64,000 nucleotides of DNA from an uncultured Brevinematales bacterium (lineage in GTDB: Bacteria; Spirochaetota; Brevinematia; Brevinematales; CAYRWR01), in the NCBI GenBank assembly GCA_964428015.1, contig CAYRWR010000006.1, positions 64,856 to 128,855 of the forward strand. Reading direction: 5' to 3'. The translations under genes and the position numbers were made by a program. The notes beneath the pieces were generated by a model, which was not told the DNA's origin, made no database searches, and worked only from the letters and a program-made list of their open reading frames with translations. Numbering within the stretch: position 1 is the stretch's first letter; the number at the start of each line of letters is the position of its first letter. Below are positions 53,764 to 62,186 of the stretch, one piece after another.

Positions 53764-54990
53764 ATGGAAAAAGAAGTCATTAAGAAAAATGAGATAGTAG
53801 CTTTATTTAATCATCTTAGACTTAAGCATATAGCAGTCAAAATTAAAGACAATAGTGAAAATCTTATATTAAATGGATTTATTACCAAATCAGATGCCAG
53901 TTATATGTCAGTCTACTTTGAAAATATCCCAGACTCAATCTCTTTAAAACAATTAAAAGTATCTTTTGAATATAATAGAAATTTTTACACTTCAGACAAT
54001 ACCGAGATCAAACTTTTAAATATTCCTATGAAGAATGTAGAACTCAATATACCGGACAAATTAAATTTTCATCTTCTCAGAAAATTTACACGTGTAAATT
54101 TACCACCTGAAGTCATGAGGATAAACATAACCGGGATTGAAAGTGGTTCTTCACAAGTGTCGCAAAATATTAATATTGAAGAATTACCGGGAAATCTAAA
54201 AAATATTTACATAGAATTATTAGAAGATAAACCTGATTTAAAGAAAATTGTCACAATGATCGGCAATGAACTCTCCAGATTTACTAATAGATTTAAAACC
54301 AATATTTTTAAAGATGTAAATTCTTTATCTCCTTTGGAAAAAGTAGTTCAGTATTACAAAAAGACATTCTGGATTAGTGATACAGATAATCTGAATAATT
54401 ACGTCCATTTGGGCGGAAAATATAATATGATAGGTTATGAGAAATATTTTGAACTGGTAAAAAAGACTTTATCACCGGATATTCTTGAACAAATCAGAAA
54501 TAATTATCTTAGCAGATCTATTTCCTCCTACTGTATGGTACCCGTTCTTATTGGGGACAGAGTTGTGGGAGTAATCGAAGTAAGCGTACCGGAAGATCCT
54601 AAATATAAAAAACTCACGATTTACGACATTTTTTATATTAAAGGTATGGCAGATATATTAGCAGAAGTAGTGGTAAAGTCTAAGACGTTTACGGAAGATA
54701 GCAGTGAATTTGAAATCATTGATGTTTCGATGGGTGGGATCCTGGCTTCTACAAAAAATATCTATTTACCCAGGTCTTATGCGGAGAATGCGATTTTAAA
54801 TATGCAGTTGAAATTAGATGATGCTGAAGTAAATACAACTGCAAGAGTTGTAAGATACGAGTATATTCCCGGAGAAAATGCTGGTCTCAATGTCGCATTT
54901 GAATTTATTGGTATAGGGGACGATGCAAAAACGGAAGTTGGAAAGTTTATTAGAAAATATATGAAACAACTAAATATCAAGGAGTCGTAA
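53764..54990 (+). CDS. PilZ-domain protein with a YcgR-like N-terminal region and a GAF-like middle region (putative c-di-GMP receptor)
   Basis: 408 aa. RxxxR-type motif LLRKFTRVNLP at about residue 105. GAF-like CMVPVLIGDRVVGVIEVSVPED. DxSxxG-type motif EIIDVSMGGILAS at about residue 325. Confidence 0.55.
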   Translation: MEKEVIKKNEIVALFNHLRLKHIAVKIKDNSENLILNGFITKSDASYMSVYFENIPDSISLKQLKVSFEYNRNFYTSDNTEIKLLNIPMKNVELNIPDKLNFHLLRKFTRVNLPPEVMRINITGIESGSSQVSQNINIEELPGNLKNIYIELLEDKPDLKKIVTMIGNELSRFTNRFKTNIFKDVNSLSPLEKVVQYYKKTFWISDTDNLNNYVHLGGKYNMIGYEKYFELVKKTLSPDILEQIRNNYLSRSISSYCMVPVLIGDRVVGVIEVSVPEDPKYKKLTIYDIFYIKGMADILAEVVVKSKTFTEDSSEFEIIDVSMGGILASTKNIYLPRSYAENAILNMQLKLDDAEVNTTARVVRYEYIPGENAGLNVAFEFIGIGDDAKTEVGKFIRKYMKQLNIKES

Positions 54991-54993
54991 AGC

Positions 54994-56169
54994 TTGAAAA
55001 AGTTTTTATCACGCTTCTGGTTTGCTTTTAAGAACTTTTGGACTGAACCTGGAAACAGGATTATTGCTTTTTTCATTTTCAGTGTCATTTTGTTCGCTTT
55101 TGTCATTTTACAGGCAGAAATCTATTCAAAAAGAGATGATATTCAAATAAAATCGATTTTTGATGCTGTATACTGGCTCTTTATTACTATAACTACAGTA
55201 GGTTATGGTGATTATGTTCCTAAATCTGATTTAGGTAAGATAATCGCTATTTTAACAGTTATTTCTGGCGTATTTCTGTTTTCATTCTTTTCTGGTAGTA
55301 TCGCTTCCTATTTAATCGATATTAGAATCAAAGAAAGAAGGGGGTTAGGTACCGTGAACGTAGTAGGACATATAATGATATTAGGGTGGAACCAGAATCT
55401 GGAAAAAGTGATAAGTGGTATTCCCGTTTATTTGGGTGATACAAACTTTAATCTGGTCCTGGTAAATGATGGAACAGAAGAAGATTATGATGAAATTAAA
55501 TCAAAATTTCTGGGATATAAAATTAAATTTATTCATGGAGATTTTACTAAGGAAAATGTTCTGAAAAGAGCAAATATTGATGATGCATCTAAAGTAATCA
55601 TTCTTTCTGATGTTATGGGGATAAAAACTTTGGATGAAGCAGATGAGAGAACATTATTAGCGGTGTTAACTATAAAAAGTATTGAACCTGAGATCCCTAT
55701 TTTTGCTGAAGTTATTAAGGAAGAAAAAAGCAAACATATCGCCAGAGCAGGAGCTGATACAGTTATCCTTAATGGAGAATTCAATCCAATGCTGATTTCC
55801 AGTGGCCTAGCTTCATCGGCTATGCCTAATTTTATAAAAATGTTATTAGCAAATACTGATGAACCCAGAATTAGATTGGAACCGGTTCCTAAATTATACA
55901 TCGGTAAGAAATATCATGAGTTACTCTTGTTTTTACGTGATAAAACTAAAGGGATTCCTGTGGCACTTGTTACCGCAAAAAAAGATTTAACCATTGATGA
56001 TCTTTTATCCAGTGATAGCGCAATCGATTCTTTTATAAGACAGAAATTTAAAGAAGCAGAAGAAAACTTTTCAGAAGATGACGGTACTGGAAAAAAGAAT
56101 ATTAAAATAAATCCTGATGACGAATATATCATTGATGAAAATGATACTCAGGTTTTCATCATATATTAG
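54994..56169 (+). CDS. Two-TM K+ channel with a cytoplasmic RCK/TrkA-N domain
   Basis: TTG start 9 nt after AAGGAG. Selectivity filter ITTVGYGDYVP. Rossmann-like VGHIMILGWNQNLEKVI. Confidence 0.88.
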   Translation: MKKFLSRFWFAFKNFWTEPGNRIIAFFIFSVILFAFVILQAEIYSKRDDIQIKSIFDAVYWLFITITTVGYGDYVPKSDLGKIIAILTVISGVFLFSFFSGSIASYLIDIRIKERRGLGTVNVVGHIMILGWNQNLEKVISGIPVYLGDTNFNLVLVNDGTEEDYDEIKSKFLGYKIKFIHGDFTKENVLKRANIDDASKVIILSDVMGIKTLDEADERTLLAVLTIKSIEPEIPIFAEVIKEEKSKHIARAGADTVILNGEFNPMLISSGLASSAMPNFIKMLLANTDEPRIRLEPVPKLYIGKKYHELLLFLRDKTKGIPVALVTAKKDLTIDDLLSSDSAIDSFIRQKFKEAEENFSEDDGTGKKNIKINPDDEYIIDENDTQVFIIY

Positions 56170-56178
56170 GAGGTCATT

Positions 56179-56706
56179 TTGTCCATAAGCAATGCGGATA
56201 TAGAATTTTTAAGTACAATAACTCTTCTGGAAGATTTAACTAAAGAAGAATTAACCCATTTGACCAGGATATTGAAGCCTCTAAAATACAAAGAAGGTGA
56301 AACAATCATAGTGGAAGAAGAGGATGGGGATTCACTCTTTATTTTTAAAGAAGGAACAGTACAGGTAAGTTCACAGATTACTTTAAAAGTAGGCTCACAC
56401 TCCTGGAGTGAAGTAGAAAAGTCTTTTGCCACTTTAGATGCCAGTATCATGAACTTTTTTGGGGAGATGTCATTGATAACGGGAGCTCCACGCTCAGCCA
56501 CAATCAAAGCTATTACTCCTTGCATCCTATTTGAAATAACCAAAGATGATTTTGAAGAGCTATCTGATCAACACCCCAAAATTGGCTATAAAATTATGAA
56601 AAAGATAGGTGCAACTTTAAGTAACCGTATCCGTCAAATGAACGGAAATATTTTAAAATTAACAACGGCATTGTCTATTGCGTTATCCAAGAAAAAAGTA
56701 AAATAA
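56179..56706 (+). CDS. Stand-alone cyclic-nucleotide-binding domain protein
   Basis: TTG start after AGGAGG. GDSLFIFKEGTV and FFGEMSLITGAPRSATIKAITP are CAP_ED signatures. Confidence 0.85.
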   Translation: MSISNADIEFLSTITLLEDLTKEELTHLTRILKPLKYKEGETIIVEEEDGDSLFIFKEGTVQVSSQITLKVGSHSWSEVEKSFATLDASIMNFFGEMSLITGAPRSATIKAITPCILFEITKDDFEELSDQHPKIGYKIMKKIGATLSNRIRQMNGNILKLTTALSIALSKKKVK

Positions 56707-56742
56707 AAAAGAGGCAGTTGAAAAAACTGCCTCTTTTTTTTT
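56705..56742. terminator. Bidirectional rho-independent terminator
   Basis: A6-GAGGCAGTT-gaaaaa-AACTGCCTC-T8, between the convergent cNMP-binding and nrdJ genes. Confidence 0.85.
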
Positions 56743-56754
56743 ATTGTACAACAC

Positions 56755-58821
56755 TTATACTACACAATGGTCACTATCACAGAATTTTTCACCCTCAGGG
56801 CTGGTAAATAGATTAGTAAAATCTGGGTCAATAAGATTCTTGGTCATTTCTTCATACTTTTCTTTTGTAATTTCTTCATACGGGGCTTGTACATAGCCAT
56901 GTTCTTCCAGTGGGAGGAAAGAAATAGCTTTAAGTTTATCTTCATGTGCGGCAAGAACGTGAGGAATGTCCTGGGCTTCTTCTTTCTTAAAAGTCACTGT
57001 AATACTGACACTGTTATCAGCCCACCATGTTTGATAATCAACAGCATTTTTTACCTGTTCCCATATTGACACATCTTCTTTTTTCCGGTCGAAAAGCTTT
57101 TCATGAATTGGGAAAGATACCACACTGGTTTTTTTGCGGTCTTCATCGCTACCATATGCACTCTCTTCGATGTGATAACCGGCTTTTTTTAACGGTTCAA
57201 TCAGAGGAGAAGTAGAACTCAGTCTGACCCTTCTTATGTAGTACTCAGCATGAGGGTAGTGTATTCCAGGTGTAACACCAGGCAGGAGACTCACAGTACC
57301 GGATGGTTTAACAGATGTAATTTTAATAGATTTGGGTATACAAAGCCAGTTAGAATATATTTCGTCGAGTTTGGTGAGATATTTATAGCCTTCATCACAC
57401 CATCTAAGAGTCTCCCGGCGTCCTTGTTTAACAAAGGCTTCGATGATACCTGACTGTGAGGTACCTATACGTCTGTTTTTCAGCAGGACGGCATTGGTTT
57501 CAGGCCAGTGAGTGGGTACTAATGTCACAGATTTAGCATAGAGATAAGCATATTTTAATGTCTGCTGATATTCTTCATAACTATCGTGTCTGGAAGGAAA
57601 GGTTTCTACCAGACAACAAAGTTCTCCGCTTTCCAGACTTTGTTCAGAACACGGATTAACCCCTTTAGCCAGTTTATCTTTCCAGTCAGGAGGATCTATC
57701 ATACGGCTGTATTTCTGTACGTTTTCTAACCATACAATCCCGGGTTCACCGTTAAGTGCAATTGAATCAGCTATCTTGTAATAATCGGTATGTCCCACTT
57801 TAGCAAATACAGAATTATTAGATGCCCAGCGATGAGATTGCAGCTCTTTTCCATATTTTGTATAATCTTTCATGGTAGTATATTCGGTATCTTCAGCATC
57901 ACCGATTGCAATCTCTGCTGAACGGCGTACATTACCGGCTACTACACACACACCGATCATATTCATTATATCCACGATATCCGTAGATTTAATGTATTCT
58001 CCCACTCTTTTCTCCAGAAGATTGGATAAAAGTGAGTGCATTTCCCGTAAGGGACCGGGACCACTGGCAACACCGCCAAATCCGCGGATAGGGGAGCCGT
58101 AAGGTCTTATCTGGTTATAGTCAAAAACAGGTTTCTTTTTTCCCAGAAAATACGCATCGAGTAAAATACTGAGTGATTCCACCCAGCCTTCCCGGGAATC
58201 CGGAATTGTATATTCATAAACATCTTCTTTTGGTCGCTTGATTTTGATTTTCCCGGCACCTTTAGTGTCAAAACCTACTCCCACTCCCAGCATCAGGGCA
58301 TCCATAGCCCAACTGAAAGGAAAAGATAGTCTGACATCAATATCTTCGGTAGAAACAAAACCGCAGTTATTAAGTCCGCTGCCGCCTTTTTCTTTTACAA
58401 ATTCTGTACCAGACATCCATAGTCCGCGTCCGGGTGGTAAAAATTTAAAATTAAACATTTTATCATACATGATTTGAGCGGATCTTTGAGCCTTTTTTTC
58501 TTTCCAGGGTAATTTTAAACGGAGACAATGCTCTTTTTGAAAATTATAAGAACCTTCTACAGCTCTTCTGACAGTCTCCCACCATGCTTCATTTCGATTT
58601 TCGCCGGGAATTCTACGTGAATAGGTTCTCAGAAAAACAAATTCTCCAATCGGACCCCAGTCTGGTTTGATTCTGCTGTACTTCTGCAAAAAATCATCAT
58701 CTAACTTGAACGGTTTCCACACCTCATTCAAATTAAATTGAGAATTGAAGGAAGACGAAGGTTTTTCTTCATATTTCTCAATTTTGATCTTTGATAAGAT
58801 CTCCTTTCCAACAGAACTCAT
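56755..58821 (-). CDS. nrdJ: Class II (adenosylcobalamin-dependent) ribonucleotide reductase, monomeric RTPR-like
   Basis: 688 aa. FVFLRTYSRRIPGENRNEAWWETVRRAVEG. Active-site loop VNPCSEQSLESGELCCLVE. C-terminal redox pair CDSDHC. Confidence 0.8.
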   Translation of the reverse strand: MSSVGKEILSKIKIEKYEEKPSSSFNSQFNLNEVWKPFKLDDDFLQKYSRIKPDWGPIGEFVFLRTYSRRIPGENRNEAWWETVRRAVEGSYNFQKEHCLRLKLPWKEKKAQRSAQIMYDKMFNFKFLPPGRGLWMSGTEFVKEKGGSGLNNCGFVSTEDIDVRLSFPFSWAMDALMLGVGVGFDTKGAGKIKIKRPKEDVYEYTIPDSREGWVESLSILLDAYFLGKKKPVFDYNQIRPYGSPIRGFGGVASGPGPLREMHSLLSNLLEKRVGEYIKSTDIVDIMNMIGVCVVAGNVRRSAEIAIGDAEDTEYTTMKDYTKYGKELQSHRWASNNSVFAKVGHTDYYKIADSIALNGEPGIVWLENVQKYSRMIDPPDWKDKLAKGVNPCSEQSLESGELCCLVETFPSRHDSYEEYQQTLKYAYLYAKSVTLVPTHWPETNAVLLKNRRIGTSQSGIIEAFVKQGRRETLRWCDEGYKYLTKLDEIYSNWLCIPKSIKITSVKPSGTVSLLPGVTPGIHYPHAEYYIRRVRLSSTSPLIEPLKKAGYHIEESAYGSDEDRKKTSVVSFPIHEKLFDRKKEDVSIWEQVKNAVDYQTWWADNSVSITVTFKKEEAQDIPHVLAAHEDKLKAISFLPLEEHGYVQAPYEEITKEKYEEMTKNLIDPDFTNLFTSPEGEKFCDSDHCVV

Positions 58822-58878
58822 GATCCCCTCCTTTTATCCAATTACCTTTTTAAGCTGTCAAATATGTTAAGTGGTTTT

Positions 58879-58963
58879 CTGGAGATATTTTTCTTTGAAT
58901 CTAAAGACGATTTATTTTTGGATCAATGAAAAGACGCAGAAATTAGTCTAGATTCCCCTCCAG
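58879..58963 (-). promoter_or_regulatory. Long imperfect hairpin in the nrdJ 5' leader
   Basis: On the mRNA strand CTGGAG...GAATCTAGAC...(36 nt)...GTCTTTAGATTC...CTCCAG, i.e. nested complementary arms. Confidence 0.35.
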
Positions 58964-58996
58964 GCTACAACAAACAATTCTTCAGCGCAACCCTTT

Positions 58997-59026
58997 ATAA
59001 TAGCTTTTATTAGTTCATCCTGTCAA
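58997..59026 (-). promoter_or_regulatory. Candidate nrdJ promoter
   Basis: Minus strand TTGACA-18 nt-TATTAT. This implies a leader of about 170 nt. Confidence 0.5.
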
Positions 59027-59119
59027 GATTCTGATGCAGATGAATAAACAGTGCAACTATTTTAGGGTCTGCACAATATTTCTTTATTTGTCAGGAATGA
59101 TAATAAAAAATAATTATTT

Positions 59120-59596
59120 TTACTTTAACTCATTACCAACATATAAATTGTTAATATAACTCAATAAAAGATGATTGTCTTTTTTCAGGAAATATGCTTC
59201 GTTTAGATAAGCAGTTTTGTACCGTGAGTTTATAAGACAATATGTCATCTTTTTGGTAGCCATAATAGTATTGGTAGGATGGAGATCCTGCACCGAAAAG
59301 ACATAAATTACCGGTTTGTTATTCAGCCAAATAACAGCAGACTGATTATCTTTAAAATCTACGGTTTTAAGAGTCTTAAGTTCATTGGTATCATTTTTAC
59401 TCAGTGCTGTATAATAATCTGAAATAAGTTTGTTATAACTACTATTTCCTGTATTTTGAAAAATACCTAGGAATTTCCACACTAATACGGCAATAATTGC
59501 AATAAGAACTATTATCCCTATAATAGTCTTGGCTTTACTACCTTTGGGTGTTTTGGTACTTTTTGAAGTCTGATAATCAGTCATCTCTTCCTGCAT
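59120..59596 (-). CDS. Hypothetical membrane-anchored protein
   Basis: 158 aa. AGGAGA RBS. One TM helix (IIGIIVLIAIIAVLVWKFLGIF) and a small extracytoplasmic domain. Confidence 0.6.
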   Translation of the reverse strand: MQEEMTDYQTSKSTKTPKGSKAKTIIGIIVLIAIIAVLVWKFLGIFQNTGNSSYNKLISDYYTALSKNDTNELKTLKTVDFKDNQSAVIWLNNKPVIYVFSVQDLHPTNTIMATKKMTYCLINSRYKTAYLNEAYFLKKDNHLLLSYINNLYVGNELK

Positions 59597-59750
59597 TCTA
59601 TTTCTCCTGAAATTTTATAATAACAAAATTGATACAAAAATAAGTCATATCTATAGCTAAAATGTTTCGTAAAAAATGTAATTAAGATGGAATGAAAGAT
59701 TTTTTACTTGATATATAATAACCACAAATACTATAAAAAATCAAAGAGAA

Positions 59751-60635
59751 TCAGGAATATTTTTTTCTGTGCATAAACTGGTCATAATCGCCGACAATAA
59801 TGATGCCACGTTTATACAAGATGACATTTTTAAATATTTGTTGTATATCCAATTTCGCTTTATCAATTGTAATTTTAGCACCGGGAAATACCTGGCCTCT
59901 GATAATCACAGATCTTTCCAGTTCATCTTTTTCTTCTTCCGGTATAAACAAATGATTTTTGATTTCTTCCAATTGAGAAATTTTTTGTCCCAGAGATTGA
60001 AATTTTTGAACTTTTTCGGCAAGATCCTGTTTTTTTTCAAGGGGTAAGTTAATAACTTTGTTACCCAGGATTTTAATGATCTGAATATATTTTTCCAATT
60101 GGGTACGGTCATTTTTAAGTATTTTAATTTCCTGTTCTATGTTTAAAAGACGGTTATACAAATCTCTTTGATGAAAATCAGAAATTTTTACCGAAGTGGG
60201 GGAATTGTTCTTTGACCCCAGGTTATATGCCACAATATCAATACCGGCCTCTATCTCGCCTCCCTCTATATTACCTTCTCTGGTTTGAGCCAAAATTGAA
60301 CTTTTAGTGATAATATGACCATCTAATATCATTCCATTCACAATGATATCTTTATCAGATTTTAAGGTGGCATTTTGTACAAAAAGGCATTTAATGGAGC
60401 CATGTGGAGCAGTGAGAAGAGATTGAGACCCTTTTATACCATCTTTGATCTCTATATTGCCGTTCAGAGAAGTCACTTTGGCATTGAAAACATGCCCGGA
60501 AATAGTAATGTTTCCGGTTGCAGTAACAGAGGTACTGGCTTCAACATTTCCCTGTATTTCCAGGTTACCATTATGCTCAATTGGACTATTTTGGCTGGTT
60601 ATGTGAGATTGGATAGTTTTTTGATTTTGAGGCAT
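59751..60635 (-). CDS. FapA (DUF342) family protein, short form
   Basis: 294 aa. Beta-helix-like repeats (GNLEIQGNVEASTSVTATGNITISGHV, NGNIEIKDG). EGGEIEAGIDIVAYNLGS, a coiled coil, and the C-terminal VIIRGQVFPGAKITIDKAKLDI typical of DUF342. Confidence 0.7.
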   Translation of the reverse strand: MPQNQKTIQSHITSQNSPIEHNGNLEIQGNVEASTSVTATGNITISGHVFNAKVTSLNGNIEIKDGIKGSQSLLTAPHGSIKCLFVQNATLKSDKDIIVNGMILDGHIITKSSILAQTREGNIEGGEIEAGIDIVAYNLGSKNNSPTSVKISDFHQRDLYNRLLNIEQEIKILKNDRTQLEKYIQIIKILGNKVINLPLEKKQDLAEKVQKFQSLGQKISQLEEIKNHLFIPEEEKDELERSVIIRGQVFPGAKITIDKAKLDIQQIFKNVILYKRGIIIVGDYDQFMHRKKYS

Positions 60636-60647
60636 TGATTTACCTGA

Positions 60648-62183
60648 CTATTCCAGCATCGAAATTATGGCGTAGGGGTCTTCACAGTCGCCTGGAAAGG
60701 TTACTTTAAGTATATCTGGCGAAATTTCTATTTCTTTTGCGGTCACAGCCTGTGTACAGACTGATAAAATTTTCTGATTGAGATCTGCATAATCATTCTC
60801 ACTGATTGCGGGAAGACTAAGGAAAAATTTATTCAAACCGTATCGGGAGAGACCTGCAGAAGAGGGGAGTATGGTTGCTATCTCAGAGAAAATTGATTCA
60901 AGTTTGTTAAGGCTATCTTTAGACCCATAATGTTTAAAATATTCTTTTATGTTTTTAAAGGTGATCATACAAAACGTGATGTCTGTATCATAGTTCTGGG
61001 CCTTGGTAGTCTCATCAACAATTGAAGTTATTAAAGGATGAAAAGGATCTTCAATCTTTTTTTGCTGTTGTGATAATATGTCTGTTAACAAAATAGGAGG
61101 GGCCATCTGTGAAGCTATGATAGAAAAGAGATTTTTAATTTCCTCATTTTGAGAAGAGATTTTGTATAATTCTGAATTAAAAATCAGCAAAATTCCGACA
61201 AGTGTATCAACACTCAATAAAGGTACAGCCAGACAGATTTGTCTCAGTCCTAATTGCTGACTCAATTCTTCAGATAATAGAATAAAATTGCCTTCTTTGG
61301 AATCAATTAATTTAGTCAAAACTTCATCCTGAACAATAGTCATACCCTTGAGGCTGTCACTAAAACCATCATGTTCAACCAATTCCAAACGGTCCTGTTT
61401 ATTGAGAATTAATAGTGATTTATTTACACCAAAACCGGTGTTTAAAGTTTCCATTATAAGAGAAAGTACCAGGGCATGATCTGATGTTGAATTAATAACC
61501 TGACTGATCTCATAAAGTGCTGAGAGTTCATTATATTTTTTATCTAATTTTTCATAAAGACTGGCATTTTCCAGTGCAACACCGGCCAATGAAGAGAGGG
61601 TGAGACAGAAGTCTCTTTCGGATGCAGTTAAATCTGATTTATCAAATTTTTGTCCTAATAGAATAAATCCAAAAACACCATCTTTTCCCGCGAGTGGGAT
61701 GATAGAACTAAAATCCAGGCTGGATAACTGGCTTTTTACCAGATCAAATTGCGAAAGGTCTATAAATTGATGCTGATTCTCTTCTTCATTAAGAAAATTG
61801 ATAATATTGAGCGATAGATCAAGCTTAAGCAGGGTATCAAAGCCTCTTTTACCAATAACATTTGCAGCTTCATCCTGGATTTTTAAGACGGCTACATCTG
61901 AAATTTGAAAATGTCCCATAAAAGTAAAAATTATTATTTGTAAGAGATCCTGGAAATTTAAAGTCGAATTGATTTCCCGACTAATTTCCAGAAGAGTCTG
62001 CATGTCAATAAGTTTTCTATCCAGTAATTCCCGGACATTATTGATTTTACTATGTAGGACTTGTTTGAGTGCAATGACTTCACCTCTGGATAGAGATTTA
62101 TCCGATATTTGTTCTTCCAGATTTTCCAGATCGAAATGGACATTACCCCAGCGGTATTGTGATGCTTTATCTCTTAATCCCAT
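60648..62183 (-). CDS. Tandem-GAF protein with a degenerate GGDEF-like C-terminal domain
   Basis: 511 aa. GAF-like starts LLEISREINSTLNFQDLLQ and LYEISQVINSTSDHALVL. The C-terminal ITFCMITFKNIKEYFKHYGSKDSLNKLESIFSEI...LSRYGLNKFFLSLP resembles a GGDEF domain, with GLNKF in place of GGDEF. Confidence 0.6.
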   Translation of the reverse strand: MGLRDKASQYRWGNVHFDLENLEEQISDKSLSRGEVIALKQVLHSKINNVRELLDRKLIDMQTLLEISREINSTLNFQDLLQIIIFTFMGHFQISDVAVLKIQDEAANVIGKRGFDTLLKLDLSLNIINFLNEEENQHQFIDLSQFDLVKSQLSSLDFSSIIPLAGKDGVFGFILLGQKFDKSDLTASERDFCLTLSSLAGVALENASLYEKLDKKYNELSALYEISQVINSTSDHALVLSLIMETLNTGFGVNKSLLILNKQDRLELVEHDGFSDSLKGMTIVQDEVLTKLIDSKEGNFILLSEELSQQLGLRQICLAVPLLSVDTLVGILLIFNSELYKISSQNEEIKNLFSIIASQMAPPILLTDILSQQQKKIEDPFHPLITSIVDETTKAQNYDTDITFCMITFKNIKEYFKHYGSKDSLNKLESIFSEIATILPSSAGLSRYGLNKFFLSLPAISENDYADLNQKILSVCTQAVTAKEIEISPDILKVTFPGDCEDPYAIISMLE

Positions 62184-62186
62184 CTA

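Noticed and set aside
59040-59095. Possible tandem NrdR boxes (…AAATATTGTGC… and …AATAGTTGCAC…) upstream of nrdJ.
   Set aside because: Manual comparison with the 16-bp NrdR palindrome (acaCwAtATaTwGtgt) gives only about 10/16 and about 6/16 matches. They lie upstream of the -35 box rather than overlapping the promoter. A PWM scan would be needed to revive this idea.
58822-59119. Cobalamin riboswitch in the leader of the B12-dependent reductase gene.
   Set aside because: I found no B12-box (GCCACTG-like core) or other conserved riboswitch segments. B12 riboswitches normally control B12-independent isozymes, not nrdJ.
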